Source of the DNA: Cyanophora paradoxa CCMP329
Lineage: Eukaryota > Plantae > Glaucophyta
DNA length: 64,000 nt
Assembly: GCA_004431415.1 (NCBI GenBank)
Contig: QPMI01000564.1
Span: 62,001-126,000, forward strand
Direction: 5' to 3'
The translations under genes and the position numbers were made by a program. Positions 43,422 to 54,512 of the stretch are shown here, piece by piece. The first letter of the stretch is position 1; each line of letters begins with the position of its first letter. The notes below the pieces were generated by a model. That model worked only from the letters and a program-made list of their open reading frames with translations. It had not been told where the DNA came from and searched no databases.

Positions 43422-46400
43422 CTACTTTCGGGAAATGGATCGTAGATTTACCCGGGTTTGAGGTGCTGTATATGTCTCTTTTGAGGTCTGAAAATCCGTA
43501 TACCATCTCTGGCTGTTGACCTCTGATAGCTTATGGGTTCCTGCTATGAACAACTTCTTAATTTCACGCTCCGCCTTCCCTTTCTTCTTAGTTCTGGCTT
43601 GTGTTAGCGGTTCTTCTGGGACATCATCCGCTTTTTCGATGCCTTCCTTTCGTATTGCCGAATCTATCCGGGCTTCTTCTTTGGCTTGTTCTAATGCATC
43701 ACCTGTGGGCGTCTCGTGATACTCTACACCTTTGATAGGTAACAGTTCGTGAAAAGAAAACCTTCCATCGACCATTTCACCATTTGGATTTCGTAACCGA
43801 AACTTAAAACCCTCCCTACCCTCGACAGTATAAACGATACGTGACCAATTGACACCCTGTTTAGCGAATGGGTTCTTTTCTATTCTCACCCGCACAAACA
43901 TACCCTTTTGAATACCATCTAAGTGGGCCCCCGAGACGTACATCGACCTGCACCGCAACATATTCGAACGACGCCGGGCGCGAGCTATCACGGGCCACGG
44001 ACTGTCAGACGTGTTTGAACTCGAATGTGGGCTCCCGCAGGGCGGCATCGAATCCCCGCTCCACTGGCTCATCTTCTACGATGCCTTGCTCTGCGCTCAA
44101 CAAGAATTGGACAGGCTCGAGCAGGAAAAGGGGGCGCGGGGGTCGCGTACGTCATGGGCGTGGGCGAAGACGACGCGGACTTCGCCCCGCACGGGTGACC
44201 GGGAGCGCCTACGCGGACGACACGCAGTGGATGAGCGGATCGGCCGAAGGGATCCAGATGCTCGCGGACGTGGCGTCTGAATTCTTCCGCCTGCACGACA
44301 TCGCAGTCAACGCGCGGAAAACAGAGTTTGCGTACAACAACGTCTCACCGGAGCCTGAACCCCCGCTACTCGGCAACCCCGCGTCCCGGTCGGCAAGAAG
44401 CTGAAACCGGGCGAGCATTTCAAGCTGCTCGGCGTCTATCTGACCGCGAACCTGTCGTGGAAGGAGCAGATCAGACAGATGGAAGCGCAGGCTCGCGAGA
44501 CGGTGGCGGTCATAGCTCGTAAGCAGCTGACCGCGCAAGAGGCCTGCTACGTTGTCGAGGCCGTCGTGCAGGCGCGGATCGCCTACGGGCTCAAAGTGAC
44601 GCCGCTCACAGAGAAGCAGTGCGATCGCCTAGATGCCATCTGGATGCGCGTGGTTAAGCACCATGGGGCCTGGCGGCATCGACTTCCAACTACGCGCTCT
44701 GGAGCCACGGCACGTACAGCCTGCCGCGCACAGCGCACCTGATGGCCAAGAACCAAATCACGGATCTGCTCGTGCGGCTCTGTGGAGAACCGGAAGAGCT
44801 GCTATCCCAGGTGATGTTGCACCGCATCCGAGACCTCCAGCGAAAGCTAGGCGTCCCGCTGCTGCCGACCGAGTTCCTGAACGCCCCAGTGTCACGCCAG
44901 CTTGCTCGATCGAACGCAATCGCCGCAGTGATGCCGCTCCTGCAGCGCCGGCTCTACCGGATCCAGTCCAACCACGCCCGCTTCCTGTTTACGCCGTACC
45001 CCCCCGCAGCCACTTGGCCCGACCCCGCGGAACTGCGCCGGGAATTCGTGCTTGCCTCACACATTCCCCGGGAAGTGTTCAGCACGGCCGCGCCCGCCCT
45101 CCACCGCGCACGGCTCTACTGGATGTCCGACGTCACGGCGCGCGATGGGGAACGCCTCTGCACCTGGCGAGACCTGCACCTCCGCGCCCCCTGCGGCACG
45201 CTCCCTTGGGCAGCGCCCGCCTGGTGGAAGGCGGTGGCCAAGGCCCTCACGATCGACGGGCGCGGTTCGGGCGCCCTCCGATACCCCATGCGGCAACCGC
45301 CCGGTACCCCTTCCTCGGCCATGGTACAGCTTCCGGGCGGGGCAAGGAAGTTAATTCACCAACCGGGAGACTTCGTCTGCTACTACGACCTCGCAACGAT
45401 TCACGAGACGGATGCGGTACCGGAAATCGGCCGGGTCCGCTCCGCCGAGGCTGAGGCCGGCAGCCTAGTAGCGACGGAGTGCCGGCTGGAGCACTGGGTC
45501 CCCGTCCCAGAAGAGGCCGACGACGAGGCCGACGGAGCCTACTGCCGCTGCGATGGCCACTGTCAGCTCGGACCCCGCGAAGGGCCGCCCGCCCCAGCTG
45601 CGCGCCGCTTTAATATCGTACCGGGAGAGGGCCGCCGCCACTGGCACGACGACCACGTCTGCCCTCAAGGCGCCGGCGCGGCCTGCCGGGCGACGAGCAC
45701 CTGCGATGACGAGGGCAAGTACGGGACGGCGGTGGGAGGATGGGTAGAGCACGCGTCCGCACTCTGCACGATCCCCGGCACGGTGGAGCTAGTAGAAGTG
45801 TCGGGCGCCCCGTGGAAGAATGCGAGGGGCAGGTACAGACGCGCTCGGGGCGCGCCAGTCGCCAGGTCCTGCGCCAAGCCCGTCTTGAATACTTCAAGCC
45901 CTCCAGGCAGGCGGCCGCGACCATCACTGCGCACCGATGGCGGATGCTGCTGCAGGCAAAGCAGGAGGGCGATGAGCGGGTCAACTGGCACCTCCTCTCC
46001 GAGCCCGACGCCGCTCACCTCGCCACGCTCGAGGCGAACCCGCCCGACTTGCCCCCCCTGCCGCAAGATGAAGCGCCCCCGGTCAGCTCCAACAAGGAGG
46101 CGCGCGAGCTATATTACTATCAGGCCGATCCGTACAGTTGGGTTGCATACCTGGAGACCTGGAAGGGCCTCGAAGCCCGCTACCGCAAAGAGCACCTGGA
46201 GGCCGAGGCGGCGCCTGGCGGCTCATACGTGGCCGACGCCCCAGCGTACGCCTGGACGGACGGGAGCCTGAAAGAGGGCCAGACGGTTAACGCTCGCGCG
46301 GGCTACGCAGTACACTGGCCGGAAACGGACCTCAGAACTGGCGCAAGCCTGCACCCGCCGGGTATCCTCACGGACTTCTTTGCCCGGCTCCGGGGCCTGC

Positions 46401-49400
46401 AGGAGATCAACAAGGCGGAACTCCAGGCGGCGCTTATGGCTGACCTGCTCTCGCCTTTCGGAGCGGTTCTACACGTCGACAACATGAACGCGATCCGCTG
46501 GTACTCCGATTTCGTCCAGCACGCGAGCTGCCGCAGCCCGCGGGAATACATCCGGCACGCCTGCTCCGCGGAACTGTACGCATGGAGCAAGCTCAGGACA
46601 ATGCTAGAGGAGCGCGGGCGGCCGCTCAAACTCGTCAAAGTCAAAGCGCACGCAAAGGGCGACGCCCGCGACCCCACAACGACGTCGCGGACGCCGGAGC
46701 GAACGTGGCGGCCGACCTGGAGCTGGCGGACGAACACCGGCATGAGCCTCTCTTTCTGCCGCCGGCCTTCAGCATGCCTGCGGTGCTCACCATCAGCGAC
46801 CCCGACGGGCGCACACGACGGGTGGAAGGGGACCCCAAGGCACACATGGACGCACTTCACGAGCACCAGACGCACTTTGCCTGGACCCAACAACCGCTGG
46901 CTGGCGCGCTCCTGCGCCGAGGCGCCGACGGCGCAGACATAGCAGGGCTATATGCGGAAACGAGCGTAGGTTCCCGATTCCAAGGCGCCAATGGAGCCCG
47001 CAACGCGCTATTCAAGTTTCGGACGCAGCTGCTCTGTAGCTCGCTACCAGCGAACGAAGTCCGGGTACGTGACCAGAAGGAACTCTACGCCGCCTGCAAC
47101 CCTGGGGACGCTGTGCGGGCTGCGCCACCAGAACGCCGCTCCCTCGTGCAGAGACTAGCGGCCCGACAGCCTCACAGAACAGCCAGACTGCAACAGAGGC
47201 CTCGCATGCTCAACCAGCAGCGGGCGCCAGCCGCCCGATCCGGGCACCGACGGCTCTCACCGCAGGCCCGACTGAAACTTTCCCGCACGTCTTCCTGTGC
47301 CCGGGTCCGCATGCGGTCGCGCACCGCGCGGAGACTGCTCGCGAACTGAACCGACTTCTGCTCTGCGCATACAGAGAGGCCCACGGCCTCACAGCGCCGC
47401 CAGCAGGAGCCCTCCTTGCTCCCGACCTGGTCCCAATCTTCCTCCGCGTCGCGGACGACGACACCGAGGCGCGCAGCTACGATGGTAGGCCGTACGCGTA
47501 TCCGCGCCTCTGGGTGCTCCAGGGCCTTGCTCCGCAGAGTCTAGAAAGCGCCCTCACACGCTGCCTGAACCTTGCACCCCGGTACGCGGCACGCGCAGCT
47601 AAACGCGTTCGGCAAACGCTTCTGGAACGGGCCCGACGCCTCTGGTCACGTCGCTGCGAAATCAACGCGGAGTGGGAACGCGACTGCCGCGTCTCCCAGG
47701 CCTCAAAGAAGCGACCGCGCCCGCCCCGCACGGGCGCCCGCGCCGAGAGCGGGCCCGCGGCCCCCGGACCTGTAAGGAAGTCTGCGCCGCCTGCGACGGG
47801 CCGATTCGCCTTCACAATCTACTCAACGCCGCTCGGAACGCAGACTGCCCACCGGAGTACGCGGGCTGGAAGGCGGCGCTCCGCGCCCAAGAGCTCTACG
47901 ATTGCGTCAAGGTACGCCCTTGGGAGTCACATCCTAGCCCGCTCTAAACGGTACCCCGAGCCGCGCGAAAGGGGGGGGGGGGGGGGGGGGGCTACGTCGG
48001 GAGGAGACTCTCGACACCACCTACCTACTACTTCACCATACCTAGTCCTCGAGAAACTTACCTGATCTACTCTTAGCCTCGCACACACTAGATATAGCCG
48101 CCCCGACCGACTCGCTGGGCCCGCCCAAGCGAGCGCCTGCCTTGCCTCCCTCTCCCGCTCTGCCCTCCCGCTCGCTCTCTTGGCCCTGCCTCCCATTCAC
48201 GACCTCGCCCGCGCTCCTCGCGCCTCGACAGGGAGGGAACGATGGATCGGAAGGCTTGGCGGAAGGCTTCGGCTGGTCGTTGCACCCACCAGATACCCGG
48301 CCATCGTGCCAGGACCGTGGGTTGAAGGACCGCCGCGGAGGGGGGCTCGCAATTGCCCGCGGCGGGGGTGCGGCGGCTGGTTCGAGGCTGGAAGCCCTGC
48401 TGACCGAGAAATCCGACCCTCCCCCTCCCCGCCACGGCCGGCGCCGACCTTCTCCGTCCCGCCCCACTTCTTCCCCGCAACGTCCCCCTCGCCTCATTCC
48501 CCTCGGCCCCTCTACGCCGACGTGCTTCCACCCGCGCTTCGGGCGAGCGGCCCCCTCGACGCGGAGCCCGCCGCGCTAGCTGTAGTCGCGGCCGCGTCGA
48601 GAGTAGGCAGATTAGACCGCGGGTCCGTCCTGGCTTTCCTACCGTACAGTAGAACAGCCCGCGAGCTCCGGACGTCCCGACGGTCCCTAGGCAGGCAGCA
48701 CTAGCAGTAGTAGTGTTTTAATTTACCTCCCTCTCGTAGACCCTGGGTAGTCCTCTCGGTAGCCTAGTCCTAAGCTAGGCTAGATGTATAGGTAGTAGCT
48801 CTCTGCTCTGGGTTAGCTTTGCTTTAGTTTACGTCTCCTTGACTAGCTCCACCCTGTCCGATGGCTGATAGGTTCCCTACCCGGCGTAACCAGTAGGCTC
48901 ATCTTTCGACTTGACACTTTACGGACTCCTCAGTTCTATCATTAGCCGTATTGTCTCGGTGTGTGCGAATTCACTAATACCCGAATACCATCTAAGTAAG
49001 CCATCGACTTCTTAAACTTCTCGTCTTCTAAACCTATAATTTCTCTATAATGCTCATCTGTGGTTTCTGCGGGTTTTCTTTTAGTCGCCGAATGGACAGT
49101 ATGGTTATAATTATACTCTATGTCTCCCAATACATCAAAGAATCGCGCTGTGTTATTTGCTATGCAATAGTTCGTAATCAATCGTTTGATCTGCTTGTTA
49201 AACGCTTCTATTCTACCCTGACTCCGATGATCTGCGACATCGCTAATCTGATGATCGATGAACTTCTTAGCAAGGTATTTAGTAAACATAGTATTAGTAA
49301 ATTCGCTCCCGCTATCACTTTGGACGCGTGCAATAGGTCGTGGCACTCTCTTTTGTAGCTGTTCGAATGCGGCAAGAGTCGTAATAGCGCTCTTATCTCT

Positions 49401-49896
49401 CATCGGAATAATATAACCTGTTCTAAGCGTTGATTCCATAGCCGACATAAACGTATCGTATCCGTCATTTTGCTTCTTATAAGCCGGGAAAAAACAGAAG
49501 ATCGATAACGTAGGTATCGAGAGGCTGCCTAATTGGGATCATCGGGTCTCTCTTTCTTGAAAGGGTCGGCGCGTTAATCTGAACGACTTCCTGTTTATCA
49601 TACCATTCCCTCATCTTCTTATAATCTTCATCCGGTAACTCCTTCCTCATCGCTCCGAAACCCTTGTAACCGGTGCGCGGATCGTAAAACTTCTTAGCAA
49701 TCTTAGATTCTTTCGTTACAGTATCAGTAGGCAATGCCTCCGGGATCAGTTCTTTAACTATCTCAGACTTCTTTAAAATTCGTGTGTTCTTTTCCTCCAC
49801 AGGAATGGTTATAGGTAGCATGTTACCCTGATCTTCTTTAAGGCTCTTCTTTACGATCTTAGGAATGGGTCTTAATCCTATCTGTGCTGACGGCAT
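43422..49896 (-). pseudogene. rve integrase C, interrupted by a LINE and frameshifted near 49480
   Basis: YVIDLLF, VQSDSGSEF, GRIEAFNK; removing the insert gives MAYLDGIQKGMFVRVRIEKNPF, matching integrase A. Confidence 0.9.
43925..48982 (+). mobile_element. 5'-truncated non-LTR retrotransposon (RT + RNase H + Zn knuckle; Dualen/RandI-like), frameshifted
   Basis: GLPQGGIESPLHWLIFYDALL, AYADDT, VNARKTE; RNase H WTDGS..KAELQA..HVDN..KVKAH; ETFPHVFLC; TSD GAATACCATCTAAGT at 43910-43924 and 48983-48997. Confidence 0.9.
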
Positions 49897-49940
49897 CTTT
49901 ACCTTATTTCCGTAATTTAATTTTTCTATATAATTCATAA

Positions 49941-50342
49941 ATGAACCATCGGGGCTTCCATGTAATGTTAGATTACAAGTTTTCGAATCCACTAATTACG
50001 GGAGTGGACAACTTAGAGACCACAACGAAATGGTTAATGCATTTTTTACAGGATATTATACAAGAACAAGGTATACGAGTAGTCCACAAGCATTACGAGA
50101 TTTTCGATGGTGGTCTTTCGCCTCCGGGTTTTACATTAGTTCTCCTATTAGATGAAAGTCACTGCACCGCTCATTGTTACTCAGACGAGGGCATGTTAGC
50201 CATCGATATATTCAGTTGCGGAAGGGACGCCGAGCGAAAGACATGTAATATATCATGTTTAATAGAAGAGAGGATAATAGGTATCTTTGGTGGATCTCCG
50301 CAAACGGAGAGACATAAGCTATCGAGATTTCCGACACGGTAA
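49941..50342 (+). CDS. speD: Prokaryotic-type S-adenosylmethionine decarboxylase proenzyme
   Basis: GFTLVLLLDESHCTAHCY..LAIDIFSCG (E|SH self-cleavage site); 133 aa. Confidence 0.9.
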   Translation: MNHRGFHVMLDYKFSNPLITGVDNLETTTKWLMHFLQDIIQEQGIRVVHKHYEIFDGGLSPPGFTLVLLLDESHCTAHCYSDEGMLAIDIFSCGRDAERKTCNISCLIEERIIGIFGGSPQTERHKLSRFPTR

Positions 50343-50359
50343 TAAGTGGTAAAAGAAGA

Positions 50360-50486
50360 TGTAACAGGTTAATTTATGTATTTTCAGTGTAGTGTAACAG
50401 GTGTAACAGGTTCTCCCCAAAGTTCCAAGCCGCCGACCTCCTCCTAGGGGAAAGTTTGGGATGAACCCGTTACACCTGTTACACAT
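50360..50486. repeat. Second type of origin-like inverted iteron array (TGTAACAGG), copy 1
   Basis: TGTAACAGGTGTAACAGG ... CCGTTACACCTGTTACA. Confidence 0.8.
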
Positions 50487-50566
50487 ACCATTATCAGTAA
50501 GAACCCATTAAAATAACATAATCTCAGTCATAAAGAATACTATAAGTAATCATAAAGTATCATATA

Positions 50567-52850
50567 TTTTTTTTTTTGGAAAGTCTGCTCCATTCGTACA
50601 CACATGACAGCAGTCCCCCGCTCCGCGCCTACCGGATACTGGGAAAGCCAAGCTACACTGAGGAAAAGGGCGAGCTCGGTTCTATAGCTTGTTGTCGTAG
50701 TCGAGCTGATGCTGAAGCTGTAGCCGTCAGGTCGCCCCCAACACATAATATGCGCCGGTCCTCAAGTAGGAGGCGTAGGCATGCTGAGCTACACGGTCCT
50801 AGATGCCCTCTTGCTGGTTCTAAAACATGGCCGCGGGTCGCTCGTGAGGGGGGTAGTTGAGAGAGGAGGTGGGGAGGGAGAGATGGGAGGGTAGGTTCAG
50901 GTTGTTGCGCTGGGTCGTGAATCGCGCCGCCCAAGTCCACGGGTGCGGCGGGGTGTTGGGAGCAGGTCGTCGCTGGCCGAACGTGGGGAGCCGAAGCTCC
51001 TAAACCTCGGCCTTACGGGCCCGGCTGGGCCCTGCCGACGCCGCGTTCGAGTCTCCTCCAGCTTGGCCTCCTCCCGCTCCCGTCGCCGCCGTGGGGTCCT
51101 GAGCGGGCGCGTCCTTACCTATGCGCGCACCCTCGTCCTAGCCCCGCCCCCCCCCCCCCGGCCCCCCCCCCCCCCCCCCCTGTCCTAACTACAGGCCTAG
51201 TCTACTTTGCAGGTCGAAGGCAAAAAATTTCAAAAAAGCCTTCGTTCAGACAGAGGGGCGGGCCCAGGCAGGAGAACAATTTTGTTCAAGTCTAGTCCTT
51301 CTAACGGAAAAGGGAACAGGAGAGAGCAAGCTGCTCAGAAAGTCGGCCACAGGTCTGGGCCCGTGGCTCTAGAAAGGGCGGCGGCTGCCGCGGTGCAGGC
51401 ACGGCGGCAGCCGCACGCACGTTGCCGGCGGGATGGAAGGCAGCGGCCTCCGCGCGGGCGGGGCGGGGGGTGGCAAAGCGAGGCGACGGCGACGGCCGCA
51501 CGCGCCCGGGGGCGGCGGGCCTGCGGGTGGCGGAGCAAGGCGACGGGTGAGCGGGGCGGCGGCCGCCGCGAGAACGGGGCGGGGGGTGGCAAAGCGAGGC
51601 GACGGCGACGGCCGCACGCACCCGAGGGGCGGCGGCCTGCGGGGTGGCGGAGCAAGGCGACGGGTGAGCGGGGCGGCGGCCGCCGCGAGAACGGGGCGGG
51701 GGGTGGCAAAGCGAGGCGACGGCGACGGCCGCACGCGCCCGAGGGGCCGGCGGGCCGGCGGGGCAAGGCGACGGGCGAGCGGGGAGACGGCAGCGGCGCC
51801 TCCGGAAGTGCGGGGTAGCCCCGCGAACCAGCGCGAGAGAGGGTGCCTTGGGCCCGCCGCAGGGCCCGGGGCCCGAAGGGCCGGCGGGGCGGGTGCGCGG
51901 GGAGGCGGCAAGAGGAGGAACGTGAGGGGCGGGGGAGGGAGCAGCGGCAGGAGGCGGCGGCGGCGGCGAGGTGAACACGTTCGCGCCAAGGTAGAAAGAG
52001 CTCGCGCTGTGCGGATTGTGAGCAGCTGAGAGCTGAGAGGACTCGCGGGGGGCGAACTTCGAGCCCGAGGGCAGGATGCGGCGTCGGGGCGCGGTGACGG
52101 CGGCGGCGCGGCGCCGGCGGTCGGTGTGGTTGAGCTGCGCTGCAAGATCTAGAGGATCAGCTGAGGGCTGGGAGATAACTCGCGGGCGGCGGACCAGGGC
52201 CCGGCGGGCGGGATGCGGGGCGGGGCGCGGCGCTGGCGGCGCCGGCGGCTGGGGGAGATCAGCTGCGAGCGGGGGACTCGCGGGCGGCGGGCCCTCGAGC
52301 TCACAGGCAGAGTGCGGCGGCGGGGCGCGGCGTCAACTGCCGCATCGGCGGCCGAAGCGATCGAGCTCGCGCTGCGAGGGGATCAGCTGAGAGCCGACAG
52401 AGCGCGAGGGATGCGGACCAGCAAGCGGCAGCTGTGAGACGGCGCGTCCGGGGGAGCCCTAGCGGACAGACAAAGTGAGGGCGCGGCGGGGCAGTGTGCG
52501 TCGGTTAGGCAGTGGACGCGCCAGGCGGGCGGGGCGCACAAGAAGGCGATAGAGCCGAATGTGAAGGCGTGCCAGGCGCAGGTATGACGCCGTCCGCCCC
52601 GGAATTGGGGAATGCCGACATCTAACGGACAAGGTGAGCAAGCGACGTGCCGGCTGGGCGCGTGGAACAGACCGACGAGGCAGAGGAAGGCGTAGTCATT
52701 GGAGCAGACAAAGCTGTTGCCGCGCGGGTGAGATTGGCGAAGTCTGGGCAAGGCGCGCCGGCGGAGCGGCACGCGGCGGCGGCGCCTCCGCGGGGCGAAG
52801 CAGGGGACTGGCGACAATGAATAGCGCTCTGCGGTGCACAAACGAAAGCT
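50567..52850. other. GC-rich insertion (host-like or retroelement-derived) between two iteron arrays
   Basis: Starts with a T-run (possible minus-strand poly-A); poly-C tract; abrupt GC shift at both ends; no TSD seen. Confidence 0.45.
51460..51790. repeat. ~117-bp GC-rich minisatellite, ~2.8 copies
   Basis: GGGGGTGGCAAAGCGAGGCGACGGCGACGGCCGCACGC recurs three times. Confidence 0.9.
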
Positions 52851-52854
52851 TCGC

Positions 52855-52923
52855 AAAACTCCCAAACCGCCGACCTCCTCCTAGGGGAAAGTTTGGGATG
52901 AACCTGTTACACCTGTTACACAT
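52855..52923. repeat. TGTAACAGG-type array, copy 2 (left half lost)
   Basis: CCGCCGACCTCCTCCTAGGGGAAAGTTTGGGATGAACC.GTTACACCTGTTACACAT shared with 50430-50486. Confidence 0.85.
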
Positions 52924-53211
52924 AGAAAATACCATTATAATAACACAAGATCTATTTAGAATACTATAATATCCTTATTGTATTACACGTCACGCGCTCC
53001 TTACAGCACATTGTAGCTGTTTACAACGCGCCATATCCGCTCCATATACGATACGCATTTAATCCACAGAACATTTTATTATTTTTCGATGGAATTTCAT
53101 TATAATTTCATACATATTTCTTGTATAATTAAATACATATTTTTCAAAGTATTTCATTATAATGCATACACATATTATTTCCATATCATTATACACGATA
53201 ATGCGTAATAT

Positions 53212-53509
53212 CACACATAGAGAAAGCCCGCGTTTTATCAGGAGGCGTGATATAATTTAAATAAGTTTAAAATCCACCTCAAATACAAATGATTACGAGA
53301 GATAGAGGTAAAATATATCGGAGATACGAATAAATTAAATTTCAGTAAGGGTTACGTTAGTAATTTATACGAAATACGCACATAAAAGACAAGAATAAAG
53401 GATAAATACACATAAATATACGTAAAATATGCAATAAATATAGGTAAAATATAAACAAAATATAATTAAACTTAGCCGAGGGATAAAACGCGGGCTTTCT
53501 CTATGTGTG
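53212..53509. repeat. Perfect 28-bp inverted repeat (242-nt spacer) at the right terminus of element C
   Basis: CACACATAGAGAAAGCCCGCGTTTTATC (53212-53239) and its exact reverse complement (53482-53509). Confidence 0.95.
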
Positions 53510-53958
53510 GCGTAGAGGCAGACAATGCTGTATGCGTTGGTGTCGCTGGAGAGGCGAAGTAGTGAAGCATCGTGCGGCCGCAGGCCCGGCGTGGGCGGGA
53601 GGGGCACGAGCGTGGCTGTGGCACCGGGGAGGGCCGGGATGGCTTTGCGGACGAGGAAACCGGTGCCTCGGCTCCAGACGTTGGGTTTGAGCTCTGCGGC
53701 GGGCGGGATGAGCACGCGCCAGGATGATTCGATGCGCTGCGTAAGGGCTGCGATCTGCTTCGGATTGAGCCGGTGGTCAACGATGCCGAGGACGTCCACT
53801 TTGGTGCGCTTGAGCCATCCGGTGAGCCAGATGCGCCGCGGTATGCCTGCGAGGCTTTCGACATTCAAAAAGGCGACCGTGAGCAGCGGGCGGGGCGTCG
53901 GTGCGTCCGGGGGCGCATCCGACGGGGCGGCTGCTGTCTCTGCTGAGGTGGCGGGCAT
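53510..53958 (-). pseudogene. N-terminal APE (EEP) endonuclease fragment of a LINE, cut by the element C terminus
   Basis: LTVAFLNVESL, VDVLGIVDHRL, RGTGFLV, SIVCLYA; the ORF then runs into the inverted repeat. Confidence 0.7.
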
Positions 53959-54512
53959 GGGGCCGCGGCTGGGCGGTCGATGTTCGCTGGGTTTGGAGTT
54001 CGGTCGGGCTGGACTACGGAGCGTCGGCCGCGCGAGTTTTGGGACCAGCCACGTGCAGTGCTAGCAGGCACCCGCGTTGGGGAAGCCCCACTGCGCCGGC
54101 TTACTCGCTCGCGGGCCTTCGCTCAATTTTCCGGGGTACCGGCTCCCTCGGATCGACCGATGCTATAGCTACGTATTTTAATTTAATTTAGATTTATGCA
54201 TGCTCGCGCATGCGCATGTTGTCGTCGGTATCGAAACCCTTTCGTATGAGAGCGACGTCAGATTCAACGTCTCTCACTAGCTGTAACTCGATCTAGATCT
54301 ATATAGCTACGGCTTTATTACTAATTTAGGTAGGTATGAAGGCCATTTGAATTCGAAGCTGCTTCTATTTCTCATTGAATAAGAATGCGTACACGCGGAA
54401 ACGCATGTCGAAGCGATGGGATCACCGGTACCGGACCGGATGCGCATATGCATGCCTGCACGCGTATGTACGCACGATGACAGCGCTGCGCTTTCACTAT
54501 ATATAAAATAAC

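Larger units (their letters stand above)
35275..53509. mobile_element. Endogenous Polinton-like element C (decayed; no capsid genes in view)
   Basis: Fibre, patatin and integrase homologues of A/B; right terminus matches that of A. Confidence 0.7.

Noticed and set aside
43925-48982. Diversity-generating retroelement acting on the fibre tips
   Set aside because: The RT is LINE-type with RNase H and a TSD; no template/variable repeat pair with adenine-specific differences was seen.
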